Virus record (IMG/VR): IMGVR_UViG_3300032332_000934
Coordinates: 50,967-114,966 of that record
Source of the DNA: a virus
Lineage: Duplodnaviria; Caudoviricetes
Reading direction: 5' to 3' (one strand)
Length of the DNA: 64,000 nucleotides
Shown here: positions 8,165 through 18,600 of the stretch, one piece after another
Layout of the letters: the number at the start of each line of letters is the position of its first letter
How positions within the stretch are numbered: position 1 is the first letter of the stretch
Translations under genes and position numbers: made by a program
The notes under the pieces: model-generated
Seen by the model: only the letters and a program-made list of their open reading frames with translations
The model's database searches: none
Told to the model about the DNA's origin: nothing

Positions 8165-8727
8165 CTCTTTGTTAACACTTCATTAGCATAGTAAGCAATT
8201 CCAAAAGAATCTGCAACATCATAATCTTCAACATTTAAATTATATTTTTTGTTAAAATAATCTGCAGTTCTTTGCTTTCTTATATTACGCAACTTATTTT
8301 TGTACCAAGAATCTGCATAACCTGGATTTAATAATCTAATAGCAGACTTTTCATCTTTAGTTGGGTTCTTATTTCCAATGTGTGACTGCCAAGCAGATGG
8401 GCTTATTGTAATCACTTTTGCGCCAGTTGACATAAGCTCGGCAATAACAACTCCATACACATAAGATAATTTTATCACAGCATCGGGTGATCTGACAAGT
8501 ACTGCTCCTTCAACTGCAATGTAGTCTGATTTTATTTCATTTAGAATAGAGTGTGTTTTTATCTTAGCATCATGAATTTTTTCATAAATATCATTACCAA
8601 CTAAATTAATCTTACCCCATTTAACTGGCTTATTATCTTCAATTAAACAAAACGCAACAGACGCTGTGGACGCATCTATTCCTAAAACTCTAGAGGCTTT
8701 TGTTTTAGACAGTTTAGCAAGCGTCAT
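8161..8727 (-). CDS. ruvC: RuvC-like Holliday junction resolvase
   Basis: VLGIDAS, IAVEG, DVADSFGIA. Confidence 0.85.
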   Translation of the reverse strand: MTLAKLSKTKASRVLGIDASTASVAFCLIEDNKPVKWGKINLVGNDIYEKIHDAKIKTHSILNEIKSDYIAVEGAVLVRSPDAVIKLSYVYGVVIAELMSTGAKVITISPSAWQSHIGNKNPTKDEKSAIRLLNPGYADSWYKNKLRNIRKQRTADYFNKKYNLNVEDYDVADSFGIAYYANEVLTKR

Positions 8728-8998
8728 TTATCATACCAATTATCTTATCTCTATCTGAAGTAGAGTTATTCTTTTCACATTTTGCACAAATATTTAGAGT
8801 GTTATACCTACTTAAAGGTGATTTGCATGACTTGCAGTATCTTTTTTGGCCAGACCTAATTGCTTTTTTCTCATAATACTTTTCCATAATCTTTTTATTA
8901 GTTGCAATTCTGCAACACTCATCACAACAATACTTCTGATTGTGTGTTTTTGGCTCAAAATTTTTTTCATTAATACAGTCTGAATTTGCACAGATCAT
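8714..8998 (-). CDS. Zinc-finger hypothetical protein
   Basis: Multiple Cys pairs (QKYCCDECC, CKSC, CAKC). Confidence 0.7.
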   Translation of the reverse strand: MICANSDCINEKNFEPKTHNQKYCCDECCRIATNKKIMEKYYEKKAIRSGQKRYCKSCKSPLSRYNTLNICAKCEKNNSTSDRDKIIGMINDAC

Positions 8999-9786
8999 TA
9001 CAGAGCAACCTTAAATCTTTCTATCTGTACCGTTCCAGTAGGTGTATCCTTTGAATAACATTCTTTTTTAATTGGGCAGTACGTACAAGGCATCTTAGTT
9101 TTTGTTGCACCTTCTGGCTTCATTGGAAGGTCCCCATCTTTAAAGTTATCCCATACCTCCCTCATCCAAAGAAATGTGTCCTCTATAATCTTTGTGTTCT
9201 TCTCATTCATGGATACTGGAATAATTAATATTTCCTGAGTGTTTTTATTCTCATAAAGAAAAAATCCCTCTTTAGCATTCTTAAGCTTCATGTATGTTAA
9301 CAACTGTAGCAAGTGGTTCGGTGACGGGCTCATCTCTGCCTGCCTTGTATCCCATACCTCTTGTTTTGCAGTTTTTATTTCACCAATAACTGTTTCGTTG
9401 TCATATTCCATAATTAGATCGATAAACCCACGAATTGGTGGATATTCGTTAACAATCTCTTCTTCTTCTGCAATCCACTGCGGCATAGTTTTAATTAAGT
9501 TTTGGAGTCTTTCATGAGCTTGAGTTCCCTGAGCCATGTTTGCAACTGCAACTGCATCATTATTATCAATGAATACAGCACCCGAAAAGGCCATATACCA
9601 ATACCTTGGGCATGTTCCATGACCATAACCTAAAGAGCTTGGGCTAAAAGACTTCTTAGTCATTTCCCCATCTGCTCTTTTAGTATTCTTATATGACTCA
9701 TCAAGCATTGATGCAAAAAGCTCTGGATCAAAGAACTTACCCGTGTGCTTCTTAAACTTTAAATTTTTAACTATGTTTCTACCCAT
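8998..9786 (-). CDS. Cas4-like PD-(D/E)xK exonuclease
   Basis: SPSS..CPR, GTQAH, GFID, EIKT, QLLTYM, CTYCPIKKEC. Confidence 0.85.
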   Translation of the reverse strand: MGRNIVKNLKFKKHTGKFFDPELFASMLDESYKNTKRADGEMTKKSFSPSSLGYGHGTCPRYWYMAFSGAVFIDNNDAVAVANMAQGTQAHERLQNLIKTMPQWIAEEEEIVNEYPPIRGFIDLIMEYDNETVIGEIKTAKQEVWDTRQAEMSPSPNHLLQLLTYMKLKNAKEGFFLYENKNTQEILIIPVSMNEKNTKIIEDTFLWMREVWDNFKDGDLPMKPEGATKTKMPCTYCPIKKECYSKDTPTGTVQIERFKVAL

Positions 9787-10124
9787 TACAAATTATACCT
9801 AACGACATACTTAAGTGCATCTACAAGTTTGTCTATAGACTCCTTTGCTGAATAATATATATTCTTTTTATTATTATTCATGGTTCCAGCTTTATCTTTT
9901 GCTATTGTTGAATAGTAAGAAGCCATCATGGCAAACTTAGTTGACATTGCCTGCAGCTCAATAATAAGCTGTGGTGCTTTAGCGGCAGGAACATCTGGGT
10001 TCAACAAAAGCTTTACAATAACAGCCAAGGCTCTATCTAGCTGAGCATCATTCATATACTCATGCAGATCATTGAACTCAGTTATAGAACTAATTAACTC
10101 TAGAGTATTTTTATCCTCTGTCAT
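9786..10124 (-). CDS. Hypothetical helical protein (probable start MTEDK)
   Basis: ORF track 9786..10181; downstream ATG preferred because a small membrane ORF occupies the upstream region. Confidence 0.65.
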   Translation of the reverse strand: MTEDKNTLELISSITEFNDLHEYMNDAQLDRALAVIVKLLLNPDVPAAKAPQLIIELQAMSTKFAMMASYYSTIAKDKAGTMNNNKKNIYYSAKESIDKLVDALKYVVRYNL

Positions 10125-10215
10125 TTTTAATCTTCCTGTCCCATTTGTCTGCAAATAGGCCCATGCCGTAACCAAATACAATACCTACCAGCAAACCCAT
10201 TAAAAAAAATGTCAT
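10111..10215 (-). CDS. 34-aa single-TM membrane peptide
   Basis: Manual translation MTFFLMGLLVGIVFGYGMGLFADKWDRKIKNDRG*; TAATG coupling. Confidence 0.65.
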   Translation of the reverse strand: MTFFLMGLLVGIVFGYGMGLFADKWDRKIKNDRG

Positions 10216-10370
10216 TAGATAATCCTTTGAACTATTCCATACCCTAGCCATAGGCCAAAGATACCCATCAATCCAGAAAATACTGGGGGGGCAGGAATAG
10301 GTAATTTAAATAAACTAAATATCCCACCTACGCCAAGACCCACCAGTGTTGTAAGAAATATCTCTTTCAT
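10215..10370 (-). CDS. XapX/DUF1427-like small membrane protein (51 aa)
   Basis: Manual translation MKEIFLTTLVGLGVGGIFSLFKLPIPAPPVFSGLMGIFGLWLGYGIVQRII*; PIPAPP signature. Confidence 0.75.
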   Translation of the reverse strand: MKEIFLTTLVGLGVGGIFSLFKLPIPAPPVFSGLMGIFGLWLGYGIVQRII

Positions 10371-10762
10371 TAAAATGGGACCTCTGCATATGTCTTGTAA
10401 GATGGAAATTGTTCATTGCTTGGTGCTTTATCTTTAGACAGAGTGTAGGTAGTTACAGAAATAGAATCGGCATTAATTTCATAAGAACTTTTCTTAACTC
10501 CATCTTTATCCGTCCAAGTGTCTTCATAGATTTTGCCAACAATTGTAACTTCCATGCCCTTGCGAATTACCGACTTTGATTGATCAGCTAATGTGCGCCA
10601 TGCTTTTACTGTCCACCATGAAGTGTTTTTGTCTTCCCATGCACCAGTTGTATCATTTTTAACACGGTCATTTGTAGCAACTCTAAAACGAAGCCCATTT
10701 GATCCTACTGACTCTGGGTCGCTACCAACTCTTCCTACAATTGTAATTATTGGATTAGCCAT
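10370..10762 (-). CDS. ssb: Single-stranded DNA-binding protein (bacterial SSB type)
   Basis: ITIVGRVGSDPE, FRVA, VKAWR.LA, KGMEV; C-terminal EVPF tip. Confidence 0.9.
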   Translation of the reverse strand: MANPIITIVGRVGSDPESVGSNGLRFRVATNDRVKNDTTGAWEDKNTSWWTVKAWRTLADQSKSVIRKGMEVTIVGKIYEDTWTDKDGVKKSSYEINADSISVTTYTLSKDKAPSNEQFPSYKTYAEVPF

Positions 10763-10827
10763 TGTTACTCCTTATAAAGGTGAGAAATTTATTTTAAATT
10801 CCTCATTGCTAAGTATAGTAAATTTTT

Positions 10828-11904
10828 TTATTTTTGTAAAGAGTTTCCATCCATGTATATAACTTCTTCTATATAATAGTCTTCACCATTTATTTGTGAC
10901 TCTACATAAAAAGGTTCGGGCATAGACCTTTTATCAAAATCATTTTTTGCTCCAGGCATAACAACATGCTTTCTTCCTTTTCCAGAAATTGTTTCCGCAT
11001 GTATTCTTTCGTGTTCCATCTGAATCCATTCATCTATACCAAATTTTTCTGCAGATGAATTCCAATTTTTGCTACCAGGGTAAGACCAAGTTAAAAAATG
11101 TCTAACAAAGTATTTTGGAACATCTGATTTTATTGGCATGGCTGCATGCTGAAAAGGATTTGAAGATGGAAATATTACTATGTCTCCAGCCTTTGGCTTA
11201 TAAACAATAACCTTGTCTTCTCCATGTTTTAAGAATGCTATTTCTCCACCTTCGTAGTCGTCATTTAAATATATTGTTACTGATAATATTGATTTAGGAC
11301 CAGGCGCTTCATCTAAACTCTCATTTCTATCTGTGTGCCATCCTATTGCATACTCTCTATCTGTTGCAGGATCATGCTTTAGCAAGTCATAGGAGCTTGC
11401 AGACCAACCGCTAGATGGATTTCTGAAAACTGGATCTCCCGTGTCATCACATGTTACAATTTTAAGTCCAACCATGTTGTCAACGCTTTCACCTTTTTCA
11501 AGTTCATAAAAGTCTACAAAGTCTGAGTAATCTTTTTTCCTATCGACACCCTTTTCTAAATTAGAAAAATCAACATACTCTGGCCAAGATCGCTGTCCCT
11601 CATCTAAGTATTTAGATATGTAATCTTTTACACATTTGTCAATTACTGATTTAACTTTAATGTGTGCATCGGTATAAATATTGTCTAGGTCTTCAGTTAC
11701 AGAATTTATTTCTTTTCTTGGATCAATAAATTTTGTTTTTTTACCAAACGTATACCAGTCTTCCCACTCATTAATTAGGTATCCTTCTTTTATGCTTTCT
11801 GAAGATTTTACAACTTCAAGTATTTCTTTAGCATCAAAGTCTTCAACCTGATAAACAATGCACTGATTAAAAATTTTATAACTATTCAAAATCTTTTCTC
11901 CCAT
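10828..11904 (-). CDS. 2OG-Fe(II) oxygenase #2
   Basis: HTD...IYLNDDYEGGE...KPKAGD..FPS...H...KY. Confidence 0.88.
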   Translation of the reverse strand: MGEKILNSYKIFNQCIVYQVEDFDAKEILEVVKSSESIKEGYLINEWEDWYTFGKKTKFIDPRKEINSVTEDLDNIYTDAHIKVKSVIDKCVKDYISKYLDEGQRSWPEYVDFSNLEKGVDRKKDYSDFVDFYELEKGESVDNMVGLKIVTCDDTGDPVFRNPSSGWSASSYDLLKHDPATDREYAIGWHTDRNESLDEAPGPKSILSVTIYLNDDYEGGEIAFLKHGEDKVIVYKPKAGDIVIFPSSNPFQHAAMPIKSDVPKYFVRHFLTWSYPGSKNWNSSAEKFGIDEWIQMEHERIHAETISGKGRKHVVMPGAKNDFDKRSMPEPFYVESQINGEDYYIEEVIYMDGNSLQK

Positions 11905-12970
11905 CTATATATTTTAAATTTTCTGCAAAAAACGGTTGTCTATTTATACTAGATTGTTTTCTATAAATTTTTGACCAATTTTTAAATGTTTCTTGCGGAT
12001 TATCTCCTGGTAAAAGCACGTGTCTTTCATGCATTCCAGAGTTATCTTCAGCTATAATCCTGTACTGCTGCATTTTTTTCCATACATCTTCTCCATACTC
12101 CTGAAGACCATCTAAATAATCTTGTGTTCCTTCATAATAATAGCACAAAAAGTATCTAATTAAGTATTTTTTTCCACCGCTTACTGGTAGTGCGGCATGA
12201 AAAAATGGGTTGTAAGATGGGAATACAGTTATGTCACCAGCTTTTGGCTTGTATGTTATAACAGAAGAACTTCTGTCGGCAAGGAAGGAAACCTCTCCAC
12301 CCTCATAATCATCATTTAAATAAATTGTTGCAGTTAGAATTGGCTTAGGACCTGGCATGGAAACCATACTGGCCTTGTTGTCTGTATGAAATCCAATTGC
12401 ATACTCACGATTATTTCTAGTATCAGTTTCAGAGTTGTGACTCAAAACATCGTAGGAGCTTTGAAGCCAACCCGTACCTATCTTGCCAGACCTTTCTCTT
12501 ATATTCCAGTCTGGTAACCATTCTGGAAAAATTGATTGCTTATACTCCCAATCATCATTAAAATAAGATTGATCAAATGGCTTATCTACCCAATGATCTA
12601 GGTAATCCTTCATTGCAGAATAAACTGCAGAATCAATTTCAAAATAAAGCTTTTCTTGCTCATAAAAAATTTTGTCTTCTTCTTCTGACAACATGTTCAA
12701 ATGCTCAGAGTTTAATGTTATTAAATTTTTTGTTTCTGAGTGTGGGTAAAGCCTAGACTTTAATCCAAAATCATACCATCTCTCCCATTTACTCAAGTAT
12801 GGTCCAACTTTTTCAAGTGACTCTGATTTTTTTATTACTGAAAGTGCTTGCTCTGGATTTTTAATACCGCCAGAATAAACAGAGATGTAAGGGAAAAGGT
12901 CATGTCTTTTTGAAAGGTCATGGTTTTCTTCGTACCCAGGAGCAAATTCTGGTTGTCCTTCCCACATCAT
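11882..12970 (-). CDS. 2OG-Fe(II) oxygenase #3
   Basis: HTD...IYLNDDYEGGE...KPKAGD..FPS...FH...KKY. Confidence 0.88.
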   Translation of the reverse strand: MMWEGQPEFAPGYEENHDLSKRHDLFPYISVYSGGIKNPEQALSVIKKSESLEKVGPYLSKWERWYDFGLKSRLYPHSETKNLITLNSEHLNMLSEEEDKIFYEQEKLYFEIDSAVYSAMKDYLDHWVDKPFDQSYFNDDWEYKQSIFPEWLPDWNIRERSGKIGTGWLQSSYDVLSHNSETDTRNNREYAIGFHTDNKASMVSMPGPKPILTATIYLNDDYEGGEVSFLADRSSSVITYKPKAGDITVFPSYNPFFHAALPVSGGKKYLIRYFLCYYYEGTQDYLDGLQEYGEDVWKKMQQYRIIAEDNSGMHERHVLLPGDNPQETFKNWSKIYRKQSSINRQPFFAENLKYIDGRKDFE

Positions 12971-13959
12971 ACATCACCTTCTATTTTTTTATTAAAATCT
13001 ACTATGTCTTTAACAAAGAAAGGGTCGCCGTGCTGCTCTTGTGTAGATCTATCTTCATTTTTAAGAAAAACTCTTTTGGTGTAGTATCCCATTGCAGACT
13101 CAATCTTTCTTTTTTCAGTATAAAACTTTATTGTAAAATCTTCTCCGTTTGCTCTGACATCATTTTGCCATTGATCTGATCCAGTGCTCTTCCATCTTAA
13201 AAATTTTCTAGCTAAATACTTAGGTGTATCCCCACTTAATGGTAGAGCAGCATGAAAGAATGGCTTTGATGATGGGAATATAACAAGGTCGCCAGCGGAG
13301 GGCTTATAGTTTACTATAGTTCCATCAAACTCATTTAGATAAGAAACTCCACCACCTTCATAGTCATCGTTTATATAAATGGTAGCAGTAAGTACTGTTT
13401 TTGGCCCAGGTGTATCAAAGCTTCCGTCTGTGTCAATATGATATCCTATTGCAAATCTATCCACGGTATTTTCTTTGTGCTTTAAAATATCTATTCCAGA
13501 TCTTATCCAGCCAGGATTTCCAGTAGCAACCATTACTGTTTCGCAAGACTCGAAGTCTTCTTTTAGGTCTACCAAATCTGTTTTGTAGTTCCAATTTTTA
13601 ACAAACTCTGGGAATATGTTTTTCCAATGTTCTGGATTTGTTGTCTTATACGCACTAGCATTATCATCTAGAATCCAATATTTTATATACTCATCTAGAC
13701 CAGCATTAATTAAATTATTAAATTCATCAAGTACGTTTTTACCTGGGTGAAGGTCCTTATCTGATTGCATATATATATCATGTAAATTTGCTTTTATTCC
13801 AAAATTATCCCATGCGCTCCAAGAATACATGGAGTCATCGCTATTAATTTGTCCTTCAGAAGATTTAATTATTTCTAAAAAATCTTTAGGGTTTTTAATT
13901 GCGTTTTTATATAACGTAACAAAGGGCATTATCTGGTGCTTTTCATTTAAACTAAACAT
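12967..13959 (-). CDS. 2OG-Fe(II) oxygenase #4 (probable start MFSL)
   Basis: HID...IYINDDYEGGG...KPSAGD..FPS...FH...KY; GGAGG SD before ATG at 13959. Confidence 0.88.
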   Translation of the reverse strand: MFSLNEKHQIMPFVTLYKNAIKNPKDFLEIIKSSEGQINSDDSMYSWSAWDNFGIKANLHDIYMQSDKDLHPGKNVLDEFNNLINAGLDEYIKYWILDDNASAYKTTNPEHWKNIFPEFVKNWNYKTDLVDLKEDFESCETVMVATGNPGWIRSGIDILKHKENTVDRFAIGYHIDTDGSFDTPGPKTVLTATIYINDDYEGGGVSYLNEFDGTIVNYKPSAGDLVIFPSSKPFFHAALPLSGDTPKYLARKFLRWKSTGSDQWQNDVRANGEDFTIKFYTEKRKIESAMGYYTKRVFLKNEDRSTQEQHGDPFFVKDIVDFNKKIEGDV

Positions 13960-14257
13960 GTTTTTCCTCCCAGAAATCAATCAGCTCTTCCAACACTGAC
14001 CATTCTATTATACCAAGCCTTACCTTATTATCTGATCCTATTATAATTTTAAGTGCTGGGTGCATATCTCTATCAACTTTAAAAGTATCTGTACATATTT
14101 TAGCCCACACAAGTTTATTTAAATTAAATGAAGATTTAGATTCTTTATAGTCAACAAGAAACATTTTCCATTTAGCGTCACCTTTTTGATAATCACCTCG
14201 ACCACTATTTTTTTGAGCCTTAGCACCGTCTCTTTTTACTTCCGATCTTTCCGACAT
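13952..14257 (-). CDS. Putative PD-(D/E)xK resolvase-like endonuclease
   Basis: E...NSG...KGD...VDYKE pattern. Confidence 0.55.
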   Translation of the reverse strand: MSERSEVKRDGAKAQKNSGRGDYQKGDAKWKMFLVDYKESKSSFNLNKLVWAKICTDTFKVDRDMHPALKIIIGSDNKVRLGIIEWSVLEELIDFWEEKHV

Positions 14258-14448
14258 TATCCTACCCTATGGATTGTTTCATGCCCATCAGAACAAGTCC
14301 ACTTCATTATTAAATTGTCGGGATCCCACCACCCACCATCTACATCTATATCACATTTAGAGCATGGTCTAAAACCGCTAAGAATTTCAAATGCAGAATT
14401 GATATCCTTACGCTCTTGTTTATTTAAAAACTCATTAAGATCTGGCAC
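14257..14448 (-). CDS. Small Zn-ribbon hypothetical protein
   Basis: CSKC...WTCSDGH. Confidence 0.65.
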   Translation of the reverse strand: MPDLNEFLNKQERKDINSAFEILSGFRPCSKCDIDVDGGWWDPDNLIMKWTCSDGHETIHRVG

Positions 14449-15439
14449 TTATTTCCTTAATTAAATAGTCTACAACTTCTGGGTTTTCTTTTAGGTAGGC
14501 AACGGCTTTTGCTCTTCCTTGGAATCTTTCTTTATTTATAGTATACCAGGCCCCACCCTTTTCAACAATACCGCACATTTCTGCAACGTCTAAGGTCTCA
14601 CCAACATAATCTATGCCGAGAGTTTCTCCTTGGTAGTAAAAGTCGTATTGGCCAGAAAGGTTAGGGGGACCGAGTTTGTTGTAATCAACAATCCAGTTGA
14701 CGGGCCTTCCAACTCTTTGCTCAATAATCTTGTCGCCAACCTTAACACCTGCTTTAATAGCGTTAGCCTCAGCTTCTGAAGACCAGAGCTTGATAACGGT
14801 AGATGAGAAGAACTTAACAGCCATTCCTCCTGTTGGGATGTGGCTTGCATGCATAGATCCAAATTGATTTCTTTGCTGCGATATAAGAACGAGTAACGTA
14901 TTTTTGTTTGCATAGTTTAACATCTTGACTGCGTGAGTCATATCCTTTGCTTCTGCGCCGATTTGTTTGGTGTCTTGCAAATCTTTCATTTCATTTCCAT
15001 CTTTTTCAAAATAGATTGCTGGTAATAAAGCTGAGATAGAGTCTACTACAATTATGTCAACACCTGCCTCCATTAGTTTTGTTGCAACATCAACCATATC
15101 GTTTACAGTTTTTGCTGAAGAGTAGATTAATTCTTTTGAGTTTACTCCTAGTTTTTCAGCCCATGCTGGATCATAAGAATGCTCTGCGTCAATCCAGGCG
15201 CAAGTCTTTCCTTCTTTTTGAGCTAATGCAATCATCTGCAAACAGAAAGAAGACTTTCCAGCAGATTTGTTTCCCCATACAAGAATTTGTCTGCCGTAAG
15301 CAAATCCACCATTAAGGGCAAAGTTTAGACCTATACTAGAAGTGGGCTGTCTATCCACCTGTATATCAACAGCAGATTGTACTCTAGCTCTAGTCTTGGG
15401 ATCTAGCTTTGCTAAGATGTCATCTAAGTTAATATCCAT
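14435..15439 (-). CDS. recA: RecA/UvsX-like recombinase
   Basis: GNKSAGKS, WIDAEH, VVDSISAL, TGGMAVKF, GGAWY..GR. Confidence 0.93.
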   Translation of the reverse strand: MDINLDDILAKLDPKTRARVQSAVDIQVDRQPTSSIGLNFALNGGFAYGRQILVWGNKSAGKSSFCLQMIALAQKEGKTCAWIDAEHSYDPAWAEKLGVNSKELIYSSAKTVNDMVDVATKLMEAGVDIIVVDSISALLPAIYFEKDGNEMKDLQDTKQIGAEAKDMTHAVKMLNYANKNTLLVLISQQRNQFGSMHASHIPTGGMAVKFFSSTVIKLWSSEAEANAIKAGVKVGDKIIEQRVGRPVNWIVDYNKLGPPNLSGQYDFYYQGETLGIDYVGETLDVAEMCGIVEKGGAWYTINKERFQGRAKAVAYLKENPEVVDYLIKEISARS

Positions 15440-15443
15440 TTAA

Positions 15444-15668
15444 TTAATTAGATATCACTTCAAGGTTAGGATCTGTGTCCTTATCCTCAATCTTAAACTC
15501 AAAAGACAATGTCTCATTGTTATAAGTTACTGATAGCTGAGCATCCTCGCTATTTGCCGTTAAAAAATCTGCTGTTGGTATCTCAATAGATCCTATTTTG
15601 TTTAATATAGCAACTAGAACTCTAGATGAGTTCATTGTCTTAAATACATCTTCAGTACTATCTGTCAT
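15444..15668 (-). CDS. Hypothetical protein
   Basis: 74-aa ORF coupled to dnaE. Confidence 0.65.
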   Translation of the reverse strand: MTDSTEDVFKTMNSSRVLVAILNKIGSIEIPTADFLTANSEDAQLSVTYNNETLSFEFKIEDKDTDPNLEVISN

Positions 15669-18600
15669 TTTACTTCCTTAACCATAAGTGTTCCATCTTC
15701 TAAAGTTTTTAGAACTGGTTCGCATATCATTCCTTCTCGCATCTTTGCCAATGAAAGTGGGTACATGCTTGAAAATACAATTGCTCTATTTAAATTTTTA
15801 TCTTTATCTGACATAACTAAGTGCGCCATAGTTTTACCAGCTTTTGTTTTATATGGTGTATAGCTTATCACAAACCTCTGATTTTCGTCAATAGGATATG
15901 ATTGTGCATATAGGTATTTAACAAAAGCATCATCAGAATCTTTATTAATTAAATCAACCTCTACGTACCTAGATATTCTATTATCGCCAACAAGAACAAA
16001 GTACATTTTATTTGTTTCTATTTTTGTTTGCTCGACATCAAATAGACCTACAGATCCGCTCTCATCAACAATCTCAATTCTAGACCATCCAGTGCCACGT
16101 TTTATAGCCTTAGCCATTCCAAACATAACAAAAGATCCCAGCTCTTCAAACTCATCAATCGGTCTAGCTTGCGCTTTAATCTTTGGGTCTAAGTTAGAAA
16201 GGTTAAATGAAGGTATTCCTAAAAATTCGTAATAAGACTCGGCTTCTTTACCGCTTCTAGGGTTATCATCAAAAGCAGCGCCCCCAATAGAGTTAAGAGA
16301 AGCAATGGCCCTAGAATTAATGCCACTACCTTTCTTGGATGCCTTGTCAACAAAGTCTTTGTAGTTTTCATACGGTCTCTTTTCTATAATTTTATTTGCA
16401 ATGCTGTCTGAAATAAATTTAATCTCTGCCAATCCGAATCTAATTGAATCTTTTTGTAATGAAAAGTTTACATCGGATTCATTCACATGTGGAAGTTTTA
16501 CTTTTATACCAAGTCTTTTTGCTTCAATCAAATAACCTGTTCTGGCGTCTTTGTCTCCTTCGTTTTTGAGGATCGAGAATAAAAATTCCAAAGGATAATA
16601 GCACTTAAGCCAAGCGGTATAATAAGAAAGCATAGAATAAGCGACAGCGTGACTACGATTGAATGAGTATCCAGCGTGAGCTTCGAATGTTTTCCAGAGG
16701 TTGTCTGCTTCTTCTGCGCTGATATGCTTTTTAGCACCCTGAATAAATTTATCTTTGAATGGACTGAGTTCTTTTGCATCTTGCTTCTTACCAATAACCT
16801 TTCTAACTTTGTCAGCCTCTGACCAAGTCATTCCGCCCAGGTGTACGCATGCTTGCATAACCTGCTCTTGATATATAATAACTCCGTATGTGTTTTCGGT
16901 AAAGGGCTTCATGATTGGATGAATATAGTTAACTGCTTCATTACCGTGCTTGCGTTTAATATAAGATGCGCCAACTGTATTCATTGCGCCAGGTCTAACC
17001 AAAGCATTAGATGCAGCCAGGTCTTCAAATTTATCAACACGCATTTTTATAAGTAAGTTTGTATACGGTGTTGCTTCTGCTTGAAATATTCCTTTTGTGT
17101 ACCCATCGTTAAAAATCTTATAAACATTTTCATCATCTAAGGCAATGTCATAAAGATTAATATCTTTGCCAGTTCTATTCTTAATTGATTTTAAAGTGTC
17201 AGAGATCACAGATAAAGTCTTAAGACCTAGGGCATCTAGCTTAATAAGACCTATATCTGCAACCGTGTCCATATCGTATGCCACGACTGGAATTCTTCCA
17301 GAGACTTCGTCATTTGCATCAGCTCTGGACTCTATTGGTGCATACTTTCTTAAATCATCTTTTGCAACAACCACACCTGCAGCATGCACTCCAACACTTC
17401 GAATCTTTCCACGAAGTTTTTCTGCAAGCCAAGTTACTTCTGGGTACTTTGCTCTAAACTCTTTTGTATTTGGTGAATCAATAAAATCTTCAAATGTGTC
17501 AATTGATTTCATTGCACGGTTAACATCTGACAATGGAACCATAAATACTCTAGCAGCATCTCTAATTACACCCTTGTCTTTAAAATAAGTAAATGTAGAA
17601 ATAGATGCAACATGCTTGAACTTCTTCTTTAAATAATCTTTAACTTCTTTTCTTCGGCGGTCTTCAAAGTCTGTATCAATATCTGGAAAGTCATTACGTT
17701 CTGGATTAATAAATCTAAAGAAAAGCAAATCATATTTAATTGGGTCTACATCTGTAATCCCAAGGGCATAGCAAACTAATGAGCCAGCTGCAGAGCCGCG
17801 TCCTGGACCAACCATAATATTATTTGACTTAGCCCATGTAATCATATCTGCTACAACTAGGAAATATGAGGCAAATGCCTTATCTTTAATTATAGATAAC
17901 TCTTCTGCAATTCTATCTAAGTAGACCTGCTCTTTGTCTAGAGATAGTCTTTTAAGGCCTTCCAAGGCCATATCAGACAGTTTCTTGTCGGCATTGGTCT
18001 TTGGGATAGGTAGCAGATCTAATCCACTATAGAAGTCATACTCTTGAATCTTATCAGCAATTTCCATTGTATTATCATATATATCTGTACGAGTAATGCC
18101 TGATTTATTAAAGTCCGCCTCAATTTCAGACCTTGATTGGATAAATAGATTATAATCCTGGAATGATATTCTTCGGTCTGGATACAGGTAATTAAATCTA
18201 TCCATCATATCTGGCATTTGTCTGGACATTTCGAAGTCTGCATCTTTGTCTGACTTAGGAGATGTTGATAAAATAAGCATTGCTTCTTCTAATACACGGT
18301 CTTCTTCTTTAGCAAAATGAGCATCACCTGTTGCCACCGCTTTAATTTTAAGCTTGTCTGCTAATTCTAAAAGGGCAGAGTTGATCTCCACAGGGTTATG
18401 TGATTGCACTTCCACGTAAAAATCTTGTCCGAAAGTTTGTTTAAAGCCTTCGAGAAGAAGTTCTGCTTCCTCCATGTTACCTTTATCGATAGCCTTACTA
18501 ATGAGTCCATTAAGACATCCGCTGAGAACGATAATACCTTCGCTATAATCATTTAAAACCTCTCTGTCAATTCTTGGCTTGTGATAAAATCCTTCTGTCC

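Noticed and set aside
8998-9786. Cas4 as sign of a CRISPR-Cas system
   Set aside because: Solo Cas4-like nuclease in a recombination block; no array or other cas genes
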